Below are positions 1 through 10,800 of a stretch of DNA of 64,000 nt, piece after piece; position 1 is the stretch's first letter; each line of letters opens with the position of its first letter. Made by a program: the position numbers and the translations under genes. Under the pieces are notes generated by a model. The model searched no databases. It worked only from the letters and a program-made list of their open reading frames with translations, and was not told the DNA's origin. The stretch comes from Gnetum montanum (Eukaryota > Plantae > Gnetophyta). The DNA is taken from the NCBI GenBank assembly GCA_015680685.1, contig MNCI01002984.1:378221-442220 (forward strand). The letters are read 5' to 3'.

Positions 1-58
1 TCATGCATACACGCTCATATTCATATGGTTGAGCATAGGGGTACCTCACCGCTCATCA
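1..58 (+). mobile_element. 3' end of an Athila-like LTR (3' or solo LTR) inserted into the gag of element A0
   Basis: Ends ...catatggttgagcataggggtacctcaccgctcatCA, matching the LTR ends at 40037 and 60943. No PBS follows; minus-strand gag capsid codons start immediately. Confidence 0.85.
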
Positions 59-1124
59 CCACTCATTCTCTATATTCTGCAAGGCACATGCATCTTGAAA
101 AGCTTGGAGATGGTTCTATATATATGAGTTATATCCCCCTTCAAACTAAAGAATATTATTCATGTTTAGCCTTTTGATCTTACTATCTTTCAAGTGCCTT
201 ATTGGAAATTCATACTACCTCTGCAATGTTTAACATACTTTGGGTAGCAAGTAAAGGCTCATCAAGGCCATGATCATTATGCCTATAATGCCCTCTGCTA
301 CCCCTTCATTCATGGTAATGTGCCTTTCTTGAATGTCCACATCCTTTTTCTTGCCTTGCCTGATGGTCCCTTTGATCATTTCCATCCCATTGGTCATTTC
401 AATCACCTCCATCATGGTCTCACCTCCTACAATTATGATCAGGGCTAGAAGATGATGATGATGATGATGAAGGTGAAGAGGAAAAAGGACTAGCACCATT
501 ACAATGCCTGCTACCCCCTCTTCAGTGATCACGACCACAATCACAATCTTGTTTCTTGTTTGCATCCTTACCTTGACTTGCCTATTTGGATCCTTTTTTT
601 CCATTAGATCCATTCTTACCAAAACTAGGATTGTGAATTGTGGACTATAGGTTCTGATTTTAACCTCTATCACTAAATTCAAAGAGAGGAATTTCACTAA
701 AGGGAAAACCCCCAAAGAAGGATTTTCCACCATCTTTTTGGTATAGTAGGAATGGGGAATCATTAAATCTTTTTCCCTTCGTAGATTCATGACGTTGTTC
801 TAGCTGTCGATTCCATAGACATTGCACCTCAGTGGGATGATAATCCCTAGCATTACTATCTTGCACAACATACTTAGCATGAAGTTCCTAGAGACCCCAT
901 TAGATAAGCATTTTTTAGAGCATTATAGGAATAGATTGATCTGGCGGCAACACAATGTTGCCCTCCATGTTACACCATCACAGCTATTCATCTTGGTGTA
1001 GGATAAAGGTGAAATTTGGCACATACTCATCAAAATGAGCATATACCACTCGGTATTGATGAGGCACCAGCTAATGTACTCCATCAGACTTGGGCAAAGA
1101 ATCGCTCATGTCAGAAGAAGACAT
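59..1124 (-). pseudogene. Degenerate gag (N-terminal extension, low-complexity linker, start of capsid)
   Basis: ATG MSSS at 1124; MEGNIVLP...RDYHP shared with A; HLQAFQDACALQNIENEW capsid segment; multiple stops and frameshifts. Confidence 0.8.
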
Positions 1125-1285
1125 TTTTAATTAGATGATAAAAAATGTAGTGTGATTTTAAATTTTTGTTGCAGTAATTGTAAAATATGATATGACTCTA
1201 AGGTTAATTTCAATGATTTGAATGGTTTCCACTAAATCCTAAATAGCGCATGAAACAACCAAAAGGTCTCTAGCAACAGTGCCAA

Positions 1286-2115
1286 TGATGAGCGACAAGG
1301 TACCCCTACGCCCAAACATATGAATCACTAAGGCATTTACACATGATCTAGTCGAATTCCATGGACCTATAGTTCTCCAATGCACTAGTTCTTCTAGGAA
1401 GTGAAATGGATATTGAGAAGGTTCGTTGTCTTCTCAACTACACTTTTGAAGCTCAAGGATATGGTTTAAGTGTAATTAAGGTACATGAATTTTATCATTT
1501 TAGGTTTTATAAATTTAATCACCTATAACAATAATGAAAGGTAGAGTAATTTAGGATCTAATTTATCTACTGCCTAGCTAGCCTAACACAAGTACCCATC
1601 CCACTTTCCTAGACACATCCTAAACATGTATAGTACTACTAGGCTACCAAACATTAAGTGTTCCTAGATTACCAAGTGCTACATGTATGCTTGAAGTGGT
1701 CGTGCTTGTGTTTATTAACAATTGGAAATTAATTACTTAATTAAAGTGCATTAAAGAAAACATTAATCTATTCTCAGTGTTGCAAGGATTGTTGAAAGAG
1801 TTCGTTTGTATTCTCATCACATTGTTGTGCTTAGGTACATTAGTGTTCAAATAAAGATCTATACACATTCAGACTCTTGCTACGAGCACTCAAAAAATAT
1901 TCTAACTTTGGAGGGAACAAACTGCAAGAGCTTCGCTAACTATGAAAAAAATCGATATGAAAATCATGAGCCCAAGTGCTATATTTAGAGGCTGGCATAT
2001 ACCCCACAATATCAAATATTCAACATTGTGTCTTGGGCTTTGACATCGGATACTTGATGTTGAGGATTTGATATCAAGTACTTGATATTGGAACTATGAA
2101 AAATGTGATTCATCA
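1286..2115 (-). repeat. 5' LTR of A0 (~830 bp)
   Basis: Termini tgatgagc... and ...ttcatca; internal similarity to the LTRs at 18962, 25239 and 60111. Confidence 0.8.
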
Positions 2116-2919
2116 CAAGAGAATAGAACACATAGGCCAATACACCATAAGCTAATCTTGGAGCTACAATCACTAATTGCACTCACTCAATGTGCTTACC
2201 CACTCTCTCTTGCTCAACTCTCCACTCTTAAGAGCTCTTTTTCTCACTCATTACTACTCAACAATGATGAATACATATATATTTATGTAAAACCAGAAGA
2301 TAAGAAACCTTTTCCCATCTCAACCTGAGATTTTCTAGATGTTTTCCAAGTATTCTCACCTTCTCCTTGGTTTTTCCATCCTTTTTCATTGCATCCCAAT
2401 TGTTTTCCATATTCAAATGAGTGTTTTCAAAAGTTTTTCCATCTATATGGGTCATCTCTGATCTTGTCAAGATGTCTCATACAAAAACCTAGCTCTCGAT
2501 TGAAACATCTACTATTTTTCCAAGACGTTTCTTCTAGGCCCAAGACATCTTAGGTTCTAGTGAGATGTCTCGCCTAAGATGTTGCATGCACAATTGAGAC
2601 ATCTCATTTAAGACGTCTCAATTTTTGGTGAGATATTTCACTTGTTAGGGCTAAACACAAAATTGCTTATTTTGATGTCTGGAACCTTTGGATGCCTCCA
2701 AACAAGTCTCCATAGAGCCTGGAACCCCCCTAAACTCATCAAAATGAGCCCAAAACACCTTCAAACATGCCAAAACATCCAAGAATCATCATCAATAAGG
2801 TCAACACAAGAAGACATATATTAATAGGACACACTTGTGCACATCTTCTTTAAGCTTGAAACCTGCAAAACATTCATGTAGGGTAGAACAAGGGAATTGG
2901 AAGAGGTGTCCCTACACCA
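2116..2919 (-). mobile_element. Partial LTR of the CRM-like family B (5' or solo LTR), interrupted by A0
   Basis: Ends ccctacacca (reverse complement tggtgtaggg = start of the B LTRs); same AGAYRTCT motif array; copia sequence follows directly with no PPT. Confidence 0.8.
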
Positions 2920-4428
2920 CCTACCAATGTTCAAGAGGCTCTAAAATCTCAAGTCTAAAAGGAAGAAACGAAGAAATAATATGATGTAATCATAAAAAAT
3001 TAGACTTGGACTTTGGTTGAGAGGCCAAAAGGAAAAAAGATAACTGATGCAAAGTGGATATTCAAAATAAAGTATAATGAAAAAAATGAAATTACAACCT
3101 ATAAGGGAAGATTTTTTGCTAGAGGCTTTAATCAAAAGAAGCATGTAGACAATGATGAAATTTTTACTCTTATTGTAAGATTTGAAACCATCAAATTTAT
3201 TCTTTCTATTGTTGTTCATTATGACATCCAACTTCATCAAATGGATGTCAACTCAACATTCCTTAATGGTTTTCTAAAGAGAAAGTCTAAATAGAGTAAC
3301 ATGAAGGCTTTATCAAGAATGGAGAAGAGGATAAGATATGCAAACTTTCCAAAGCTTTATATGGACTGAAATAGGTCCTTAGAGCTTGGTTTCATAGAAT
3401 TAATGAGTATCTCTTGATGGTTGGATATAAATCATGCTCATTTAAACCTACTCTTTATTACAAGCATGTGGAAAAGCATTTTATATTGATATCATTATAT
3501 GTGGATGATTTGGTATTTTGCTTAAATTTTAAAAATTTAGTTTCTAAATTCCAAAAAAATATGATGAGAGAGTTTGAGATGAAAGATTTAGGTCTCTTAA
3601 AATATTTTTTTTGGGAATACAAGTAGATCAAGAAGAAGATTGTTTGAGAATACATCAAACTAAATATGCACAGGCCCTCTTAGAAAAATATGGAATGAAT
3701 GGAGAGAGAGTTGCTTCTACTTTACTTTCTCAACAGTGGAAGCTTAATACAAAAGATAATACTCCCCTTGTTAATGCTACTTTTTATAGATGTATTATTG
3801 GTTTACTTAGATTCATATGTCAAAGTAGGCCTAATCTTGAATTTGCTAGTTCATATTTATCAAGATTTATGCAAGAACATCACATCTTTCACTCTTTACT
3901 CATGTGCTAAAATAAATTAAAGGCACATATGACTATGGATTGAAATTTGTTAAAGGAGATGAAAAATTTCATGCTTATTTAGATGCTAATTGGAGAGGTG
4001 ATATTAATGATAGAAAGTCTACATTGGACTCCTTAATATTTCATGGGCCAAATCTAATTTATTAAAAAGTAAGAAACCAATCATGTGTAAATCTCTCTTC
4101 ATGTGAAGCTGAATTTATCTCTATGGATAAAAGTTTACAACATATATTATGGTTAAAGAAGCTACTTTCACAAATTGGTTTTAATATCTACACTTCCATT
4201 GATCTCTACATTGATAATACTGCTACTATTGATCTTTCAAAAGAACATGCTCTCTATAAGAAATCTAAGAATATAAGCTTGAAATATTATTTCATAAAAG
4301 ATGAAGTGAAGGAGAAAACTATAAAACCCCCATACATAGACATAAAATATCAATTGGCTAATATGTTCATAAAGCCAATCATACTAATTAAGCTTAAGCA
4401 GCACATGAATGTAATGGAATTACTCTAA
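2920..4428 (+). pseudogene. Ty1/copia pol remnant: reverse transcriptase and RNase H
   Basis: TWTLVERPKGKK..KWIFKIK, KGRFFARGFNQ, LHQMDVNSTFLNG, LYVDDL, SRPNL, DANWRGDINDRKST, SCEAEF, QLANMFIK; RT precedes RH at the end of pol; stops and frameshifts. Confidence 0.92.
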
Positions 4429-4484
4429 TGAACATGAAGATAAAAGAATCATAATCATTTTCACAAGACTCCAATTCCATCCTA

Positions 4485-5136
4485 AAGGAGGGATTTTTAT
4501 ATTGTAGTATGGATGGGAGCTTATTTTCAATATTTTCTCATGTGTCATTTCCTATTTCTCATTTTATATTTCATGTTGCAATACAAGGTTTGACTCACAT
4601 TTGTAAAACTTTCTTCAAATGTAAAGCTTCATAGTGCTAAAATATACCTAAAATGACAAACTTTGAGTCAACCTTACCTATAAATTAAGGTCCCCCCTCA
4701 TTCCTTACAAGAAAGATGCATTATTTTCTCATTTTTCATTATGCATCTCAAAGTTTAAGGGTATTGAAGAAGTTCCAAGCAAAGGTTTCTTTTTTTTTTT
4801 CAATTTTTTACTTCACAGTTCTTATAATCTCTCACAAATCTTCTCACATTTCATAATTTTTCCTCATATTCTTAATTTCACAATTATAGTTATCAATCTT
4901 ACCATTACAATTTTCAATTTCTCAATCTCTGTTCAAGGTCTTGCTCATTGCAAGTTCAATTTTCATCTAAGATTGTCAATTTTATCAAAGTTCTCTAGCA
5001 AAGCATCAAAGATAAAAAGAGATAAGTATAAATTTTCTTCTCAAAATGATGAAGATGATCAAAGCATCTTTAGATTTTACAAGGTGCTTATGCATCTTGG
5101 ACAATAGATTTTGTATTTCTTCCAATTCTTTTCACA
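4485..5136 (+). mobile_element. Putative PPT and 3' LTR of the copia element (boundaries approximate)
   Basis: Purine tract aaggagggat just after RH, TATA-like cctataaat near 4677, candidate end ...ttttcaCA. No second LTR in the window to confirm. Confidence 0.45.
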
Positions 5137-5290
5137 GGTTTGAGTGAAGATTCTTCTTTTTGGCATGAAGAGCAATCAAAGGCTTTCAATCTCAAAGAAA
5201 AGTGACATCAAAATCATTAAATCTATATATTTCAAATTTTTGAATCTTTGTTTATCACTCTGCATCGATTTTGTGATCTATTACGATATA

Positions 5291-5459
5291 CTCATTGAAA
5301 TAATGTCAAACTTACAAACAACATCAAAACTCATTGAAACAATGTCAAACTTATAGACAACATTAAAACTCATTGAAATAGTATCAAAACTTCTAATTGC
5401 AGCATTAAACCTATAGACAACGTCAAAACTCATTAACATGACATCAAAACTTCTAATTG
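5291..5459. repeat. Degenerate minisatellite, ~39-bp unit (about 20-bp subunits)
   Basis: ctcattgaaa...tcaaaa recurs at 5291, 5330 and 5369, followed by further partial copies. Confidence 0.75.
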
Positions 5460-7147
5460 TTGATGTGATGTGTCATGCTAAGATAAAAAATTTCCCAATG
5501 CAATGTCGTTCAAAGTTGAAAATTTTAAGCTTTTGTGCACACTTCGAAACAATTAGAATATCTCATTAGACTTTTAATTGTCAACCTAGTTTATAAAAAT
5601 AGAGTTAAACAAATAAGTTTAATGTTTTCTTAGAACTATGTAGTGAACTCTAATTACACTCAAGACACTCTTAAATTTGTTGTCATTGAGGAAATTCTAT
5701 TATAGAATTACACTACTTACCTACTTAATAGGTGGATATGGTTTATAAAAAAAGCATCTTTTCACAATTGCCATGATAGGAAATTTAGGTTGGACTCTAA
5801 ATATATTGGTAGAGTATAAATCAAAATAAGAAACACAAATACCATCATATTCAATCAAGATGAAGAATTACATAAAAACTACATTTTTATTAATAGAATG
5901 AATAAGAGAGTGAACATTATGGAATAAAACTTCTTTGATGAAATAAAATACTAAGACAGTTTTGGGGAAGAGGACACTTGTATGAGTAATAAAAAAAATC
6001 TACATGTTACGCAATGTAATCCTTGTCCTCATTAAGCAGTAAATATGGATTTTCATTAGTAAAAATATAACTCACTAGTGATGCCAAATTGAATTAGGTT
6101 AAATGTCATGAAAGGAACTTAAGTTTTTTTGGAGCCACTGACTAGAAAACATAGGATGCACTACAACAATCACTATAGTGCTTAATTGTAGTTGTAAAAC
6201 AAAGCAAACAACCATACATTTTGTTGCAAATGAATAATAATATGAAAACATATAAAAAATGTCTTAAAGAAAAATGAAAAACTGAATGAACAAATGCCCA
6301 AAACCTTGCAAACTATGAGAGAAATGAAAAGGAGCAACAAGAGAGGTCTTCTACTACACCACTAGCAATTAAACTAGACATAAAAGATAAAAGGAAAGGT
6401 TTAGCTAAGCATGTTCCTGAAAAGAAAACCTTTGAACTGTACTATAGGTTGAAGGGCACTCAAACTGGAAGAAAGGAAAAAAGGAAAAGAAGAAAAAAAA
6501 AAAAAAACAACAACAACAACAAGCAAAGTGCATTGCAGTTTGGGGTGTGCCCCTTTTTCTTTTCATCATTAAGTATTTTATGTATATCCATGGCTTACTC
6601 TTTCCATGATATACATGTCATAGGGATGTAGTTGAGAATACATCATGCTAATATGGGTATGTGTTGCACATAAAAAAGCATAGGGTATTCATTGCCTAAT
6701 GTGGCCAAGGATAACCTTTGCCTTTGGACTGTGTGCCTCAAAATCATCGTCAGTAAAAGGTGCGTTGCCAATTTGTACAACGTAGATTAATATATTTACA
6801 ATCATTATGCTATGTTAAAGATAGAGAAAAGAGTGATTGCTACGCTTGTTGGTAAGGGAGCCTATGACTCCGCCTATGGAGAATTCATATGAGTTGAGGT
6901 TAACTTTTTTACGTTACTTAACTATATGTCTATTCAAACTCATTCTTGGCGTATTTGCCTATGGAGAACCATTTACATAAGCTTTAGTTACGTCATAGCA
7001 TGAACTCTGGTCACATCATAGCATGAACTTCGATCACCTCCTAACATGAAGCGCGCACATAATATTTTATAACACCAAAACATTGATGCTAAATTTCAAT
7101 TTAGATTGGTAAAATGCTTAAGTAAATAACATGTAAAGCGTAAATTT

Positions 7148-7185
7148 CACGTGTTAATGTTTCAACTTCCATTGAACTGGGCCCA
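7148..7185 (+). promoter_or_regulatory. Candidate proximal promoter motifs: G-box (CACGTG) and site II (TGGGCCCA)
   Basis: cacgtg 7148-7153 and tgggccca 7178-7185, ~420-450 bp upstream of the ATG in a CpG-retaining region. Motif match only. Confidence 0.35.
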
Positions 7186-7529
7186 GACAGTCCAGGGCAC
7201 CCAACCCTGTCAAGCTATGGAATGAGACTGTACCAGCTGATGCAGTCGTTGGAAGTGAATGAAGTCACCATGTGCAGGTGGCGTGAATTTTAAAAAAAAT
7301 GGAGCTCATGCCAAGTTGCGGTGGCTTCAGTCTGTGTGGCTGTAGTCGTGCTGGTTGCCGTGCAACGTCAATGAAGTCACTCCTGCAACACTTAAAAACA
7401 AACCAACCAAGTTGCAGAGGCCGGGGCGTCGGCAGCTATCTAGCCAGCCAGCTACCACAATACCTACCTAACCGTCTGAAGTTTCATCATGTCATTGAAT
7501 TCTTATCATAAGCCTTGCCTTGCTTTGCC

Positions 7530-7589
7530 ATGGCAACTTCTTCTGCTGCTCTGCGAAGAGCAGAGAAATCGTCGGTAGTATCTAGTTGA
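7530..7589 (+). promoter_or_regulatory. Candidate uORF MATSSAALRRAEKSSVVSS*, in frame with the main CDS
   Basis: gccATGGc context; TGA at 7587-7589 and a second TGA at 7593; main ATG at 7602. Confidence 0.4.
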
Positions 7590-7601
7590 CAGTGAAGAGC
7601 T

Positions 7602-7819
7602 ATGGTGCTTACCAGATGGTGTTTCTGGGCGCGTAGGCATAATGAAAATGAAAATGAAAATGAAGATGAAAATGAAAATTATGGGCAAGGGCAATCAGTT
7701 GGAATTGTGGTGATTTGTGCGTGGATGTCTAGCGAGAGGCGACACCTCCTCAATTATGCGCGTTTGTACGCTTCTCTTGGCTGGAATTCTCTCGTGGTCC
7801 AGCCTACCCTGCTCGACAT
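7602..7819 (+). CDS. DUF829 gene exon 1
   Basis: MVLTRWCFWARR...LVVQPTLLD then AT|gtatgt donor (phase 2). Confidence 0.88.
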
Positions 7820-10800
7820 GTATGTTTTCTGTCTTTTCTGCCCTCTCTGGCTCTCTCTAATCCTTTTAATCAACGATAATACTCATTTGAACGTTCTTTT
7901 ATTTTTATTTTTTGGCATTCACGTGTGTACTTACGTCGCACATATTGTTGACAAAATGCTGAAATCCAAGGTAGTTTTTGAAGAATCAATGTAAGTCCAT
8001 AACGAGTGCCTTGTTTGCCGCATGGAGTGAATCAGAAAGTGTAAGAAAAACAACACATAGGATCATCATATGAAACAGATTGGTCTAGGGTCCATAAAAC
8101 AAAGCCAACAATTCACATAGAAAGTAGACACAGACATTTGCGAAGTTTGTCTGGTTGCTGGATATGGACCATATACAACTTTAGGTGAAAAAAATGGGTT
8201 GCAACAAGTTAAAAATGTTGTCATGCAACCAACAGAACAGCTACTTAGAAGTTGGTGAAGCCGCTGTAAAGACGTATACCAATTGAATGCAGATGATTCT
8301 TTATAAACAAATGTAAAGTGATGAAACACTTCATAAATATTACGCAGTGTTTGGAGTTCACGGATATACAATGCCAAAAGAAGTTATCTACCAGGAAACT
8401 TTCCACCAACACCAAAATGGACAAAACTGACATAAATGTCGATGTTAATTGTCTCAATGGTGATCTGAAATTATATATTTTCCGTGTGAACTTGAAGGTT
8501 TTGAAGTCCCACAAAAATAACGTTAGTTTGCAAACTACATTACTACTCGTATGCTTTAAAACAGCTCTTTTTGTTGGTGGTATTAAGAAACTCTTAACAT
8601 ATTTTTTGCAGATAGTTTTTATTGCTTATGAATTTGAGGATGCCACATTGTTGCGTTAGGAAAACTGAGCTTGGAATCATCAACCTGAATAGAAATATCT
8701 GTTAATGAAAAGATTTCAGGGAAAACCATTGAACATTTTATGGAAGTGGCAAATTTGGTTTGATTACAGTTGCACATTTGGATGATTTGTTCCAAATGTT
8801 ATCAAGAACACTTGGTAATTTTCTTAATGATATTTTCAAACTTATAGCATGTGTATTTCTATGGTCCAGTGGATGCAGAGGGTCTCCGGATGTAATAAAC
8901 TTTCGGTTTCAGATAATCAATAAAAGGTTGATCATTGATGTAAAGATCATAAATAAATAATCTTTTTAGCTGTTCAAAATAAAAGCGTGATACCCAGCAT
9001 TACATAGTTCATCAGTTCATACTCTGTGGATCAAAAAGGTGCAGGATGCTCAAATATGAAACTGAAATGGAAGTTCTTTAACATGTTAGTATAGGAGGTC
9101 CTTTGGATCAACCTGTGAAGGAAAAATCCTTATAATGTTGAAGAAGTGGTAGTTCAACTAGTAATTTGTTGGTTTGTAGATTGGTAATTTGCAAGTTTGA
9201 GCTACAACTGAGGTATCGCTACACATATGTTACACAGTCTTCTGATGCACAAGTTCCTTTCCGAGTGGGGTGAAATTGGTTACTTTAGGCCTGGGGATCA
9301 TACATCAATTTAAAACATCTTATTTTCTCCTTTGAAAACATCAGTATGATAATTGAGGCTGTGCATTTCTGAAAGTAAGGATATTTACATGGCTTGTGTT
9401 TGATGTGTAAAGGTTGGATCATGTTTGCAACTAAAGAAATATATTTACATACATTTCTGTGCTTGGATAGCATCAGGTTTGGCATCAACTGTTATTGACA
9501 AGCTTCTTAACAGGAATTTCCCGAGTTTATCAATAGGTCTGGCATCAGTTGTACTTGACAAGCTTTCAAAGGTCAGATTTTGTTAAATTTATTTCTTGTA
9601 GGAAGACAGTAATATGTGTTCTTTCTGAGGATTAGACTTTTAAGCTCTTATGCAGGAGATTGAAAGAAGACCGAGGCCTGTGGTATTTGCATCATTTTCA
9701 GGTGGAGCAACTGCATGCATGATTAGAGTATTCCAGGTATATCAACTTTTATTTAGAACTTCTAGTCAAACAGCAAAGCATCCCCAAATAAATGTGTTAG
9801 GCTGCAAATAGATTTATAGGAAAAAAGGTGTATATAAGTAACTCGAAATGATGAATTGGTATCTTAAAGTGAATGCCACAAGCATATAGTGAACGCTTTT
9901 GTTCTTTTGTTACTAGTCATCCTCTTATCGTCTTATGGTTTTAAGACTTTGTCCATAGGATTGTTAACAGAAACAACTATGTATTTTAATATTGATTGAA
10001 AAATTTTTATGGAAAGAGGTTAATAATATTTTTTTGCATGAATAATAGTTTGGCATGAATTACTAGAGTTAATTCTTGTTAATTATGTTTTTGTGGTGAT
10101 GAAGAAACATAACCTATTTAGTGAGGAGTCTCAATCGTTTATACTGATGACTGCATTAAGCCACTGTATGTAGATGTTTCATATAATCATGTAATACACC
10201 CAATCCTCCAAGAATGTTATTAATAGAATCTATTTTTACTTATTAATATCATCATGTGTTTACATAAGAATTTTTGATATGCGGAAATTGAAGGTTGAGA
10301 AGAAAATTGTTATCAAAGTGTGAAGTATAGAAAATACTAAGGATTTTTTTGGAAACCGTTTAAAAGATTTGAGAACAAAACCATCTACAAAAATCACCAA
10401 TAATGAAATCTTCAATAAAATAGATTCCAGAAACGTCAACTTAGACGGAGATCATTGAAGGCCAAAATGAGGGGATTAAGATTCTAAACAAGTGATCTTA
10501 AATTGAAGAGATTGTAAAGATACCCAAGTTTGCATAGCAGATATATCTTCAATAGAAACATTTGCTGTACTGCTGTATACAATAATAATAAATGTACATA
10601 CATAAGCCAACATATTTATCTTCTTCCCATAATATGGGGAATGATGAGGGACACAAATAATGAGATCACCTGTGATGTTCTTAGTCTGTAAACACAAAGT
10701 CTGACATGAAATCATGACTTACCTGTATAGCAGTCATATGAATATACAAAATATATATCATTATGAATAATGAGATCACCTGTGATGTTCTTAGTCTGTA

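Larger units (their letters stand above)
59..2115 (-). mobile_element. Athila-like Ty3/gypsy element A0: 5' LTR, PBS and 5' gag, interrupted at 58
   Basis: LTR 1286-2115 has TG..CA ends (minus-strand start tgatgaatca). PBS 1267-1284 reads tggcactgttgctagaga on the minus strand (decayed tRNA-Asp PBS). Gag is homologous to element A. Confidence 0.85.

Noticed and set aside
230-790. 186-aa ORF with a poly-His run as a host gene
   Set aside because: It is an alternative frame of the low-complexity gag linker of A0; the (TCA)n run encodes poly-Ser in the gag frame.
1267-1284. tRNA-like sequence
   Set aside because: Only an 18-nt primer-binding site; no tRNA or rRNA gene was seen in the window.
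7820-7994. C-terminal part of the 130-aa ORF 7602-7994
   Set aside because: Read-through into intron 1 past the GTATGT donor; family similarity continues in exon 2.
8066-9488. Several 66-113-aa ORFs in intron 1
   Set aside because: Overlapping on both strands with no recognisable motifs; consistent with chance ORFs.
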